Positions 1-9,624 of a stretch of 64,000 nt of DNA are shown one piece after another. The notes beneath the pieces are model-generated. The model saw only the letters and a list, made by a program, of their open reading frames with translations. It was not told the DNA's origin and did not search any database. Numbering within the stretch: the first letter of the stretch is position 1; the number at the start of each line of letters is the position of its first letter. Location of the stretch: positions 1 through 64,000 of IMG/VR virus record IMGVR_UViG_3300024999_000035. One strand, written 5' to 3'. A program made the translations under genes and the position numbers. The DNA comes from a virus. Taxonomy: Duplodnaviria > Heunggongvirae > Uroviricota > Caudoviricetes.

Positions 1-183
1 TATTCTTTAATTTGAAGGCTATTTCAAATCCTGTTCCAATTAAACAGTCAAAATACATAGGACAATAATCATAAATTAATAATTTGTCTCCTAAATCATT
101 TTCTCCACTTCTCCATTTTAGAAAGTCTGATTCTTTATCATTCGCAAGGACATATTCCCATAGTTTTATTTCAATCACCATTC
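1..183 (-). CDS. hypothetical protein, N-terminal part (gene continues beyond window start)
   Basis: Reverse-complement of 1..183 reads MVIEIKLWEYVLANDKESDF... in an open frame from an ATG at 183..181 to the window edge. It is immediately downstream of the stop of the 188..700 ORF. Confidence 0.4.
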
Positions 184-187
184 TTTC

Positions 188-700
188 CTACAATAAAATT
201 CCAACTTTAAAATCAGCATAATAAGTAGTAGTTCCTTGTTTATTTTCCTCACACCATTTATCCAATAATACTTGAAGACATTTTTCATCTTGTACTGAAA
301 TATTATCCATAGCATCTTCATGTAAATCACTACAAGCATCTTCAATAATATTAGAAGCATCCATTGATAATTCCATTGATTGTGTACCATAAATTCTTAA
401 TTCTTCACGACATATTGATTGGTCTGCTTCATTTTCTTTGTCTTCTATCCATTCCTCTAATTCTTCAATCATGAGATATTTATCATGATTATCAATATAA
501 ATCATGATAAAATCTTTTGTTGCTTGTTCATAAGATATTTTCTTTGCTTTATTCCAAGTTTCTAAATCTTTATCTTGTCTTTCTTTTAAGCGTTCTTGAT
601 TGTATTTTTCACAACTACATTTAGATGTAGATGTACTTTTATCAAGAATTTTATCACAATGCAAACATTTACTTTGAACTGCTACTAAAAACATAGACAA
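188..700 (-). CDS. hypothetical acidic protein
   Basis: 170-aa ORF from the track, Cys-containing N-terminus and acidic C-terminal half. It abuts the IS607-like right end. Confidence 0.5.
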   Translation of the reverse strand: MSMFLVAVQSKCLHCDKILDKSTSTSKCSCEKYNQERLKERQDKDLETWNKAKKISYEQATKDFIMIYIDNHDKYLMIEELEEWIEDKENEADQSICREELRIYGTQSMELSMDASNIIEDACSDLHEDAMDNISVQDEKCLQVLLDKWCEENKQGTTTYYADFKVGILL

Positions 701-837
701 ATGTGTACGTCATATCCATATCTAGATAATTGCTGATTCATCGTGTCTGTTTTTGTATTATTTCTAATCCTACTCACATTTGATGTAACACTCCACAGCC
801 GTAAATTTCCGACTAGCCATCGGTATTTGAAAATATT
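701..837 (-). ncRNA. candidate omega-RNA (reRNA) scaffold of the IS607 TnpB
   Basis: Non-coding 137 nt directly 3' of the tnpB stop. The minus-strand sequence GGCTGTGGAGTGTTACATCAAATGTGAGTAGGATTAG resembles the GCCTGTGGAGATGGAGGTTACGAAGTCAATGAAGCAGGAAC block found 3' of the other two tnpB copies. Confidence 0.35.
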
Positions 838-2016
838 TTAAGTAACATTAAATATTTTTGCGTTCTTTAGATTAATACTAGCATTCTTATCACGATCAAG
901 AATAATTCCACATTCAACACAAATATATGTCCTATCTGATAGATTTAAATCACTTTTAATACTTCCACACTCAGAACACATTTTGCTTGATGGAAACCAT
1001 CTATCTACCACTCTTAGTTCAATATTATTCCAATTACATTTATAAGTTAACTGTCTTCTAAACTCATGGAAACTTTGTTCGGCAATCGCTTTTGATAAAT
1101 GTCTATTCTTCATCATGCCTTTTACATTTAAATCCTCAATGGTTATATACTCAGGTTTGGATTTTACCAAAGTATTTGTAATTTGATGAGCATAATTTAA
1201 ACGAATATTAGATAGTTTTTGATAAATAGTTCTAATCTGAGCTTCTAGTTTAATAATGTTTTTAGTTTTGATGAATTTTTTACCATCTTTGTTCATTTCA
1301 TATTTTCTAGAAACTTGACGTTGTAATCTTTTTAACTTTCTTTTAAGTTTTCTCACAACAGGAGTCTTGTTAATATTCTTGAATGGTTCATCAATATTAC
1401 TAACTGTTGCTAAATCCTTAATTCCTAAATCAATGCCAATTGGTTCATTATTAGCATCGGAATAATCATTATAGTCAGCAATATCACACAATACTGAAAC
1501 ATAATATCTCCCTGCTTTCATTGAAACAGTCCCACTCACAACTTTTACATTGGTTGGTATATATCCTTTTTCCTTTAATTCAACAAATCCTAGAGTTGGT
1601 ATCTGAATTTTGTGACGTTCCACAGACCAATCACCTTTTCCATTCTTAGGAAAATAAATCTTAACATCTTGATTCTTTTTCTTTTTAAATCTAGGGAATT
1701 TAGACTGTCCTTTAAAGAATCGTTTATAAGCCATTTCAGCATTTACAATAGATTTCTTTCTTGCTTTAGAACCGCAATTGTCAATCCATTTGAATTCATC
1801 TAATATCTTAACTTCATTGTTGATGTATTTATCAAAATCATTAGCACTCATAAACGCTTGTTTCTTGTCTATCTCACCATTTTTAAATAGTTCATATAAC
1901 TCTTTATTTTTAGCTAGATAAGAATTATATAAGAAACGGCATATACCAATAGATTGATGGATTTTGGTAATATGCATTTTTGTTACTCTGAGTTCAGTTT
2001 TAAATCCTTTGAGCAT
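838..2016 (-). CDS. tnpB: TnpB (OrfB) RNA-guided-nuclease-family transposon protein, IS607-associated
   Basis: 392 aa with RuvC-like motifs (IGIDLG ... ITIEDL ... DRDKNASINL) and a C-terminal CxxC...CxxC zinc finger. It overlaps the upstream tnpA. Confidence 0.9.
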   Translation of the reverse strand: MLKGFKTELRVTKMHITKIHQSIGICRFLYNSYLAKNKELYELFKNGEIDKKQAFMSANDFDKYINNEVKILDEFKWIDNCGSKARKKSIVNAEMAYKRFFKGQSKFPRFKKKKNQDVKIYFPKNGKGDWSVERHKIQIPTLGFVELKEKGYIPTNVKVVSGTVSMKAGRYYVSVLCDIADYNDYSDANNEPIGIDLGIKDLATVSNIDEPFKNINKTPVVRKLKRKLKRLQRQVSRKYEMNKDGKKFIKTKNIIKLEAQIRTIYQKLSNIRLNYAHQITNTLVKSKPEYITIEDLNVKGMMKNRHLSKAIAEQSFHEFRRQLTYKCNWNNIELRVVDRWFPSSKMCSECGSIKSDLNLSDRTYICVECGIILDRDKNASINLKNAKIFNVT

Positions 2017-2618
2017 ATTTCCACATCCTCTATAATTTTCTTTTTATATTTTCTTAAACCGTAAATTTTACAACTAAAAACATGGATTATTGAAATTAAA
2101 TCTTGAATCATTTCTTCTTGTGGTGACATTGATTCATTATTCACGATGATCAGTTCAACGCCATTAGACTTCAGGAATCGTTCAAACCAATCAAAACCAA
2201 ATCTTATAAATCTGTCTTTATGAGAAATAATGATTATTTTTATTAATCCTAAGATACAATCCTCTAATAATTTATTCCATTTCTTGCGATTATAATTAAG
2301 TCCTGAACTAATATCCTCGAATACTTCATCTACAATAATTCCTTTGGCATTAGCATATTGTTTAAGAAAATCTACTTGATTTTTTAAGTCGTCTTTTTGA
2401 TTGCTACTTGAAACTCTTGTATAGATAATTGTTTTTCTAGTATCTTTGTCTGAGATTGTTTTTCCAATGTATTCCATGTATTGTTGATTGGTATAATACC
2501 TTCTATTAGATGGTGTTCTGAATGCTTTTAAAATATCCTCATTGTCCCATCTTTGAAGCGTTTTTACTGAAACGCCAACCATTGTTGCAAACTCATTAGG
2601 TTTATATGTATTAATCAA
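1983..2618 (-). CDS. tnpA: IS607-type TnpA, serine recombinase with N-terminal MerR-like HTH
   Basis: 211 aa. N-terminal HTH (ATMVGVSVKTLQRWDNE) followed by a resolvase catalytic core (IIYTRVSSSNQKDDLKNQ). TTG start sits 8 nt after AAGGAG. Confidence 0.85.
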   Translation of the reverse strand: MINTYKPNEFATMVGVSVKTLQRWDNEDILKAFRTPSNRRYYTNQQYMEYIGKTISDKDTRKTIIYTRVSSSNQKDDLKNQVDFLKQYANAKGIIVDEVFEDISSGLNYNRKKWNKLLEDCILGLIKIIIISHKDRFIRFGFDWFERFLKSNGVELIIVNNESMSPQEEMIQDLISIIHVFSCKIYGLRKYKKKIIEDVEICSKDLKLNSE

Positions 2619-2638
2619 AATATCAACTCCTTATATAC

Positions 2639-2667
2639 ATAATACCATATATGTACACACTTGTCAA
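2639..2667 (-). promoter_or_regulatory. sigma70-type promoter driving tnpA (-35 TTGACA, 17-nt spacer, -10 TATTAT)
   Basis: Minus-strand read TTGACAagtgtgtacatatatggTATTAT, about 25 nt upstream of the tnpA RBS. Confidence 0.55.
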
Positions 2668-2675
2668 TGTTTTAA

Positions 2676-2900
2676 TTAACAGTAAACGACTCCATTATAA
2701 CAATGTCTGCATCCAACAATAGTTTGTTGTTTATATGGGAAATTAATTTTTTTACTATTTTCACCTTTGATTCCAAAAGAATTATTATCTACTTGAAGTC
2801 CTGTGCCACCGCAATGAGAGCAGATAATTTCATGTTCTTGGAGGTCTTTTTGAAGTTTAAGGTTGAATGATACATCAATTTGTTCGGTTCTTATTGGCAT
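2676..2900 (-). CDS. small zinc-ribbon protein (CxxC...CxxC)
   Basis: 74-aa ORF with CSHCGGTG ... CRHCYNG. Confidence 0.45.
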   Translation of the reverse strand: MPIRTEQIDVSFNLKLQKDLQEHEIICSHCGGTGLQVDNNSFGIKGENSKKINFPYKQQTIVGCRHCYNGVVYC

Positions 2901-2922
2901 TTATTTAATTCTCCTTTTTCAT

Positions 2923-3261
2923 TTAATACCATTCATAATAATCTTTAAAATTTCTATCATGATTATAATAATCTTTATTACCATACTCAGGGATAAATTT
3001 ACAAAAAACAACATGATCAAGTGACATTTTACTTATATTTTTATCGATATATGCGTACTGCCATCTATACCCTCTGGCATTATCACTAACTCTAATTGCT
3101 TGATAATAATCTCCATTATTTAATTCAACAGTATATATTCCAGTATTAGGAGACGTTTTTATAACTTTTCTAATATCTTTTGGATTCATATTGTCAAGTA
3201 ATTCCTGTAATTTATTGAATGCTCTTTCTACTGTTGATCCATATACGATTATGTTTTTCAT
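2923..3261 (-). CDS. hypothetical protein
   Basis: 112-aa ORF with an upstream RBS and consistent minus-strand packing. Confidence 0.45.
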   Translation of the reverse strand: MKNIIVYGSTVERAFNKLQELLDNMNPKDIRKVIKTSPNTGIYTVELNNGDYYQAIRVSDNARGYRWQYAYIDKNISKMSLDHVVFCKFIPEYGNKDYYNHDRNFKDYYEWY

Positions 3262-3864
3262 TTTTCACATCCTAATAAAATCTCATTTCTTGGTATTTAA
3301 TTTTTCGCTTTCAATTCTTTTAATAGCATCCAAAGTTTCTAATAAAGCTTTCTTGTACCCTTTTGACCATGCATATGTACTTTCATTATAGTAATCTATA
3401 TTGATAGAATTTATTTCATTGATTAACCATTCCTTTAATTCTTTCATTGTGAACTATTCTCCTTTCTTCTTTATTCACCTCCCTTCTGTCTGTTTTATTT
3501 TATGATTATTCAAGTGAAATGGTGAGTATTATATTTCGTCTCTGATGAAGGTTATGTACTCTGAAATCATACAAAAATCGCAAGGATGGTCAAAATGGAT
3601 GCCTCCATAATCTAATCCATTTTTGTTTGGACAATACCATTTGCAGAATTGTTCTTTTAATTCTAACAATTTATTTTCCATTAAAATTCCTCATCCAGTG
3701 CTAATTTCCAACATTCAGAACATTTATCCTCTCCTTCGCCACATTTATTGTGCTGATTTTCATTTAAATTTATATGACTTGGGCATACACCAATTAATTT
3801 ATATAATTGAGAATTAGGTTCTAATTGTAAATATTCTATTAATTTATCTTTGCCTGTCATTTAA

Positions 3865-4350
3865 TCAATCCTCCTTAATAAATTCAATAATATCCATCAT
3901 TGCATATGTTCTTAGAGCATCTTTTTCTACATCAAATACATCAATTAACCATTGCTCTGTTTTGTGATAATCTGTTTTTCCATAATGTACTTTTAAAGGA
4001 ATGATAGTTCTAATACCAATCTCGCCTTTCCAATTCTTATATTTTACTTTGAGTGGAATTTCTACTGGTTGAGTTTGCATTCTATTTACTTTTGTTTCTA
4101 CTTTGGTTTCAATTAATTCTAACATCTCGTTTGACCATGAAAAGAGATTATCGTCAATATCTAAACCATACTGCCAATCACTATATACTATTTCAACAAT
4201 AATTGCTTCTTTACCTAAATATTTAACCATTTCTTCAACAAAATCAACATTATTATAATCTTCTCCAGATTTTAAATCTGATTTGATTATTACTTTATCT
4301 CCAATTTTCATTGTTGCATCCTTCTTTCTAAAATTAATTATAAGATTCAT
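3865..4350 (-). CDS. hypothetical protein
   Basis: 161-aa ORF ending at a TGA stop. Confidence 0.45.
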   Translation of the reverse strand: MNLIINFRKKDATMKIGDKVIIKSDLKSGEDYNNVDFVEEMVKYLGKEAIIVEIVYSDWQYGLDIDDNLFSWSNEMLELIETKVETKVNRMQTQPVEIPLKVKYKNWKGEIGIRTIIPLKVHYGKTDYHKTEQWLIDVFDVEKDALRTYAMMDIIEFIKED

Positions 4351-4358
4351 TTTAAGTT

Positions 4359-4769
4359 TTATTTCATTTGTGCAATAATTTTTTGAATTATAATATTAAG
4401 TCTTATTAAATCTGATTTATTAAGTATAAGATCAGGATTATCATCAAAAATATTTGTAAATAACTTTACCTTTTCATCTGAAATAGAGAAATTTAGTGTA
4501 TTCTTATTAAGAAATTCCAAACTTATTGATGAAAATTCTTTTCCTGCATTTTTGTAAATATGATTAATTTCATCAGCAATACACCATGAGAAATATTTTT
4601 CACTATATCTATTCTTATCAATAATATCCGTGATCAATTTCATCTTATTAACTGGATTATAATTGATTTTAATAGAACTAGATTCTTCTTTGGGATACCC
4701 TTCAGAAAGAGCTTGTAGAAGACTATCTATTTCTTCTTTGGTTAATAGTTCTGAGTTATGTTTATTCAT
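4359..4769 (-). CDS. hypothetical protein
   Basis: 136-aa ORF packed directly after the 3865..4350 ORF. Confidence 0.45.
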   Translation of the reverse strand: MNKHNSELLTKEEIDSLLQALSEGYPKEESSSIKINYNPVNKMKLITDIIDKNRYSEKYFSWCIADEINHIYKNAGKEFSSISLEFLNKNTLNFSISDEKVKLFTNIFDDNPDLILNKSDLIRLNIIIQKIIAQMK

Positions 4770-4804
4770 TTTGTTTTACCTCCTGTTAGAATGGTTTGAA
4801 ATGT

Positions 4805-5338
4805 TTATTTCGAGAAATTATTCAAATTTATTTCAATTTTAGTATCACTAATTAATTGTCTATATTTTACTCCTGCCATATCTAAGATAAATCTAGAAGC
4901 AATTGTTTGTTCTGTGTCTTTATATTTATCACTTAGATATACTACTTCAGATATGCCTGATTGAACAATTGTTTTGGAACATTCATTGCAAGGAAATAAT
5001 GTTGAATAAAGAATACATCCATTTAAATCATTTTTAGCATAAAGTATGGCATTAAGCTCTGCATGTACTACATATAAATATTTTCCTTCTAATCCTTCTT
5101 TTGATTCCCAAGGCATTTCTGAATCATTGAAATTGTTGGGCATACCATTGTATCCAGTTGATATGATTCGATGATTTTTATCTACTATACATGACCCTAC
5201 TTGTGTTCTTGGATCTTTGCTACGCAATGATGATATGTATGCTACGGACATGAAGTAGTCATCCCAATTTATTATTTGCATTTTGTTTTTGGTGCTCCTT
5301 TCTGTGAGAGTGGGAGAGATATATTTCAATCTCTCCAT
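4805..5338 (-). CDS. dCMP deaminase (CMP/dCMP deaminase zinc-binding family)
   Basis: Contains HAELNAI ... PCNECSK (the HxE / PCxxC zinc motif). Confidence 0.85.
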   Translation of the reverse strand: MERLKYISPTLTERSTKNKMQIINWDDYFMSVAYISSLRSKDPRTQVGSCIVDKNHRIISTGYNGMPNNFNDSEMPWESKEGLEGKYLYVVHAELNAILYAKNDLNGCILYSTLFPCNECSKTIVQSGISEVVYLSDKYKDTEQTIASRFILDMAGVKYRQLISDTKIEINLNNFSK

Positions 5339-5350
5339 ATATTTTATAAA

Positions 5351-5737
5351 TTACTTCATTTGTTTTTTAATTTCTGCTTCAATTTGAGGTTCTGGTGCTT
5401 CCCATCCCTCTGGTTTGGAAACTTTACCATCTGATTCTCTATAATGAGGTTTGCCATCTGCCCATAATTTTGCCATATTTGCATTTTGTACAATGTCAAA
5501 TACAGGTTCTAAATCCACTCCAATTTCTACAGCCGTTCCAAGTATAAAGTAAAGGCAATCAACTAAAGCATCTGCTTGTGAAATTACATCTGTTGCTTCT
5601 AAAAATTCATTTACTTCTTCTACTACCCAACTCATTCTTGCTTCTGCTCTTTTTTTATCCATGAATGTAGGTGTATTTGCAATAGGATGATTAAAGGCAA
5701 TTTGAAATTCTTTTACTTGTTCTTGTTGTTTCATCAT
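5351..5737 (-). CDS. MazG-like all-alpha NTP pyrophosphohydrolase
   Basis: 128 aa with an EVNEFLEA ... ALVDCLYF EExxE/D-type motif. Typical phage nucleotide-metabolism context. Confidence 0.65.
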   Translation of the reverse strand: MMKQQEQVKEFQIAFNHPIANTPTFMDKKRAEARMSWVVEEVNEFLEATDVISQADALVDCLYFILGTAVEIGVDLEPVFDIVQNANMAKLWADGKPHYRESDGKVSKPEGWEAPEPQIEAEIKKQMK

Positions 5738-5777
5738 TTTAATTTTCCTCTTTTCATTTATTTATTTTTTGTATTTA

Positions 5778-8000
5778 TTAATTGCAACGTTGATATGTGC
5801 ATTTAGTGCATTGAACACATCCGTCATATTTGGTTAAAGTATATTCTCCGCAATCTGGACATTGAAGCTTACCATCTCTTTTTTGAGGTTCTTGAGATTC
5901 AGATATTTTAGTAATTGGAGTTAGATTAATAAATGATCTTGTATTTGGTTTTAATTCTCCATTAATGAATTTAATCATTTGTGTTGCTATTGAATCAGCA
6001 CAACTTTTACCAATTGTTTTATCTTTCTTTCTCGCTTCTTTACTTACATCACAACTTACACTTTGAAGTTGTTCAATTATTTCTAATGGATTTACATTAG
6101 CTCTAAGCAATAAAGATACTGATCTACTTAGTCCTTCTGTCATTCCTCGACATCCTCCGGTTGAACCTGATTGAGAGAATATTTCACATAGATTATTATC
6201 ATCATCATAAACAAGAGTTAACCACATTGAACCACAACCAGTTTTGATTTTTAATCTTACAGCAGGAGCAACATCTAATGCAGATTTTACTAAAGCATAT
6301 GTATTCTCTTCTGTAGGTAATTCTGCACTCAATACTTGATTTTCCCTTGAATTTTGAACGTAAACTGTAGTACCTTTACATCCCAATTCCCATGCCATCA
6401 TAAATGCATTATATACATCTTCAACAGTAGAATTTTGTGACATATTAATAGTTTTTGATAATGCATTTGTAGTGACTGATTGCAATTCTGCTTGCATTTT
6501 AATATGATCTTCCCATGATACTTCAAGAGATGTTTTAAATAGTTTTTGCCATTTTTCAGGCACCCCCTTGATTCCTTGACAACTTCCACTATTATTGAGT
6601 ATTTCTTTAATTATATTATCATTTAACCAACCCTCAGAATTTCCAATATCCCTAAACAAAGAATTTACCATTATGTATTCTTTTTCTCTCATTAAACGTC
6701 TAAATACAATAGCAAAATAAGTTTCAACCCCTGAACTTGCACATTCTTCATCTAGAAGTAATTGTGTAGCACCTGTCGGTTGACCAGAAGTAACTGATAA
6801 ATTTCTAATTCTAATTCCCTGTTCTTCAAATGTGCTACCGTACCATGCTTCAGGTAATTCTCTGCCTTCCTCAATTAATTGACAACTGTATTTTTGAGCA
6901 GTATCAGTAATTCTCTTCATAACCGATTTAGCAAAAATTCTACCTTCTTTAGAATCATATGATAATCCTTTTTTAGTTAACATAGGATTTAAACCCATGA
7001 CTCCAATACCTAATTTGCGTGTTAATAATACGGCTTTTTTAATAGTATCATCTGGTAAATTATTTATATCAATACTATTATCTAAGAATCTAACAATAGT
7101 TTCTGTAACATAATCTAATTTTTCAAAATCAAATTTGCCTTTTTTATCAATATATCTTTGTAAATTATGTGCAGATAAGTTACATGCTTCATTTTCATAA
7201 AGAGGTATTTCTCCACATGCGTTTACTGAATCAATTTCTCCTAGAACTTTTAAACATGGATTATCTTTATTTACTGCCGAGCGAAAAATAATTCCTGGTT
7301 CTGAATGATATCTAGCATTAGTGACTATTTTATCAAATAAATCTTTAGCATTAATTACTTTTGTCACATATCCGAGTGGACTTTTTAATTCTACGTTTTT
7401 ATTATCTTTTACTGCTTGCATAAAATTATCATCAACGAGAACTGAAATATTAAAGTTTTTAATTTCATTGTGGTCTGATTTTACTGTAATAAACGATTCA
7501 ATATCTGAATGATAAATATCCATTACAATAATACCTGCACCTCTACGTCTTGCTTGCATAACTACGTCTAATGTTGTATTAAAAACCTTCATAAAGGAAA
7601 TTGGGCCTGTGCTTTTACCTTTTGTTGATACTATTTTAGCATCTTTTTCACGTAATTTAGAAATATTTAAACCAATACCACCACCCATTTTAGTGATAAT
7701 TGCTGATCTTTCGTTTGTATAAAAAATTGAATGTAAATCATCATTTAAACCACCAACAACAAAACACGAGGATAACATATTGTTTACACCAGCATTCATT
7801 AAGAATGGAGTAGCTGGCATCCAATATCCTTCTACTATTGTATCATAGAATCTATTTGTCCAATATTGGATTAATTCTTCTGTTTTCTCTACACTAGCAA
7901 TTTTCTTAGATACTCTCATAAACATTTGTTCTGGATTTTCATTTTCTAGTAAGTAATCTGATTCCAATATGTATTGAGCAACCTCATTAAATTTGTACAT
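5778..8000 (-). CDS. ribonucleotide reductase, large catalytic subunit (class II NrdJ-like, with C-terminal zinc ribbon)
   Basis: 740 aa. RNR ten-stranded barrel motifs (MPATPFLMNAGV, NPCLKV) and a C-terminal CPDCGE...CVQCTKC. No NrdB-like gene in the window. Confidence 0.75.
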   Translation of the reverse strand: MYKFNEVAQYILESDYLLENENPEQMFMRVSKKIASVEKTEELIQYWTNRFYDTIVEGYWMPATPFLMNAGVNNMLSSCFVVGGLNDDLHSIFYTNERSAIITKMGGGIGLNISKLREKDAKIVSTKGKSTGPISFMKVFNTTLDVVMQARRRGAGIIVMDIYHSDIESFITVKSDHNEIKNFNISVLVDDNFMQAVKDNKNVELKSPLGYVTKVINAKDLFDKIVTNARYHSEPGIIFRSAVNKDNPCLKVLGEIDSVNACGEIPLYENEACNLSAHNLQRYIDKKGKFDFEKLDYVTETIVRFLDNSIDINNLPDDTIKKAVLLTRKLGIGVMGLNPMLTKKGLSYDSKEGRIFAKSVMKRITDTAQKYSCQLIEEGRELPEAWYGSTFEEQGIRIRNLSVTSGQPTGATQLLLDEECASSGVETYFAIVFRRLMREKEYIMVNSLFRDIGNSEGWLNDNIIKEILNNSGSCQGIKGVPEKWQKLFKTSLEVSWEDHIKMQAELQSVTTNALSKTINMSQNSTVEDVYNAFMMAWELGCKGTTVYVQNSRENQVLSAELPTEENTYALVKSALDVAPAVRLKIKTGCGSMWLTLVYDDDNNLCEIFSQSGSTGGCRGMTEGLSRSVSLLLRANVNPLEIIEQLQSVSCDVSKEARKKDKTIGKSCADSIATQMIKFINGELKPNTRSFINLTPITKISESQEPQKRDGKLQCPDCGEYTLTKYDGCVQCTKCTYQRCN

Positions 8001-8059
8001 GTATTATCTCCTTTATGTAAATTATTTTATTTTAATATTTATAAGTTAAAAAGATTATT

Positions 8060-8356
8060 CTATAGGACTTGATCTTCAACAATTTCATATGTCTTTTCAA
8101 ATATATAAATTTTACAAGGATAAATTTCACCACTTACTCCAGTTATTAACATATCTTCTGGTGTAAAATACATAAATCCTTCTAGTGTAGGAATTATATA
8201 ACACTCATCATTTTCATGAGTAATCGGATGATCATTGTAATTAAACGACCAAGGCATATCGTTTACTATATTTGCTCCATTATTTCTTCCGTATTCCAAG
8301 AACTCGTCAAATGTAATTGCCTCAATTGCTACTGGTTTTTTACGATATTTTGCCAT
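8060..8356 (-). CDS. hypothetical protein
   Basis: 98-aa ORF beginning MAKYRKKP. Confidence 0.45.
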   Translation of the reverse strand: MAKYRKKPVAIEAITFDEFLEYGRNNGANIVNDMPWSFNYNDHPITHENDECYIIPTLEGFMYFTPEDMLITGVSGEIYPCKIYIFEKTYEIVEDQVL

Positions 8357-8567
8357 TTATTTTTACCTTCTTTCTTATAAATTATACGATAGAAATCTTC
8401 TTTTAATTGCTCCAACTTTCTATAATATGTTCTATTTCTGAAATTAATAAATACGATAATCCTTTTAACCATTTAATTCATCTTTTGTAAGATTAGGATA
8501 TTTATTTAATAAAACCTTATATTCTTCTTTTACTTTATCAAAATCCATCTTATATCACCTCCCTTCA

Positions 8568-8771
8568 TTACAAATCCCAATGCCTATTCTTCTTCATAAT
8601 CTCAATAACTTCTCCTACGTAATCTTCATCAACATTAATAACAAGATATTTATTACTAGTATTCTTATTGAATTTATATCTACTGATTCTAATATTTTTA
8701 AGTATTCTGGCTAAATCTATCCTATCTTGTTCTGATGTATGTTTATACAAATCATCTTGTTTTATGACCAC
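8568..8771 (-). CDS. hypothetical small protein
   Basis: 67-aa ORF with a GTG start. Confidence 0.3.
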   Translation of the reverse strand: MVIKQDDLYKHTSEQDRIDLARILKNIRISRYKFNKNTSNKYLVINVDEDYVGEVIEIMKKNRHWDL

Positions 8772-8827
8772 ATATTTATTAAAATCTATTCCATGTAAAG
8801 AAATATTATTTAAATTATTTATATAAA

Positions 8828-9016
8828 TTATGTATCACCTTCTTTCTTAACTATAAAATGATCTGGTGCTTGCCAGTACCATTGATATTGATTAAATTCA
8901 CCACAAATATTTTTAAATTTCATGTAAACTTGTTCTGCATCAGGTGGTGCTAATATTCTCAAACAACTAGAAGATTTTTCACATTCAATAAATTGACACA
9001 TCGATATATTTGCCAA
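8828..9016 (-). CDS. hypothetical small Cys-containing protein
   Basis: 62-aa ORF. Confidence 0.3.
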   Translation of the reverse strand: MANISMCQFIECEKSSSCLRILAPPDAEQVYMKFKNICGEFNQYQWYWQAPDHFIVKKEGDT

Positions 9017-9019
9017 ACT

Positions 9020-9217
9020 CTAATCTTCCATCCTTTCATTTTTAATTTCTGATTGATTATTACAGAATTCTAATACTTCTAAATTATCCATTACTTCCTT
9101 GCGATAATAACTTATTTTACCTGTGTCTTGCTCGAAACAATGCACATAATTAATTTTATCATGATAATTTGATTCATATTCTTCTTTGAGGATTTCTATC
9201 CACTTTGATCCATTCAT
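9020..9217 (-). CDS. hypothetical small protein
   Basis: 65-aa ORF. Confidence 0.3.
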   Translation of the reverse strand: MNGSKWIEILKEEYESNYHDKINYVHCFEQDTGKISYYRKEVMDNLEVLEFCNNQSEIKNERMED

Positions 9218-9346
9218 TGCGTCTGTTAGAATTTTTATTATGTATCACCTCTTTTGATTTAGCAAGAATTTGATTAGTAGTTCTAATAAGATATTGCTAA
9301 TATTATGAGAATTATTTTATGATTTGTGTTTGTGAATTATGATTAT

Positions 9347-9493
9347 TTAACCAATCTTTTTGTAATATGTAGTAGTGTTGGTTAGATCACTTTTGCTGAA
9401 CATGAAGTTTGCTTTGTCTTGAGAATTGTATTCTTGAGAAGAGCAGGTAGTCCACTGACCATCGATGCGATTGATGATTTTTGTTGGATTCAT
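9347..9493 (-). CDS. hypothetical small protein (48 aa)
   Basis: MNPTKIINRIDGQWTTCSSQEY..., preceded by a perfect AAAGGAGGTGAAACA RBS and by promoter 9566..9594. Below the ORF-track length cutoff. Confidence 0.4.
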   Translation of the reverse strand: MNPTKIINRIDGQWTTCSSQEYNSQDKANFMFSKSDLTNTTTYYKKIG

Positions 9494-9565
9494 TTTTGTT
9501 TCACCTCCTTTGATTAGTATAGTTTATTTTTTTAAATTAAGATAATTGTTTTACCTCCTGTGAAT

Positions 9566-9594
9566 ATTATAGCATGTTGGGAATGTAATGTCAA
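9566..9594 (-). promoter_or_regulatory. sigma70-type promoter (-35 TTGACA, 17 nt, -10 TATAAT) with upstream AAATAAAAT
   Basis: Minus-strand read caataaataaaatttcTTGACAttacattcccaacatgcTATAAT. Confidence 0.6.
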
Positions 9595-9624
9595 GAAATT
9601 TTATTTATTGATTTATTAATTAGT

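Larger units (their letters stand above)
700..2680 (-). mobile_element. IS607-family insertion sequence (tnpA + tnpB); ends approximate
   Basis: Serine-recombinase tnpA overlapping tnpB, flanked by unrelated genes. Exact ends were not determined. Confidence 0.65.

Noticed and set aside
1612-1803. Plus-strand ORFs in the track (for example 1612..1803, 3191..3391, 3623..3817, 7321..7512, 11180..11563, 12213..12404, 13169..13360, 15649..15843, 16069..16359, 17005..17190, 17905..18114, 18178..18402, 20821..21198, 22942..23241, 25687..25902, 26166..26493, 27106..27303, 29292..29675, 30619..30864, 33415..33597, 38620..38847, 40653..40835, 44282..44524, 50016..50204, 51438..52031, 52565..52819, 53116..53319, 54670..54876, 55827..56015, 56525..56719, 60348..60542, 62292..62966)
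   Set aside because: All lie antisense within well-supported minus-strand genes. They have low-complexity, Leu/Ile/Phe/Ser-rich compositions typical of AT-rich antisense frames and lack RBS signals, so they were treated as spurious.
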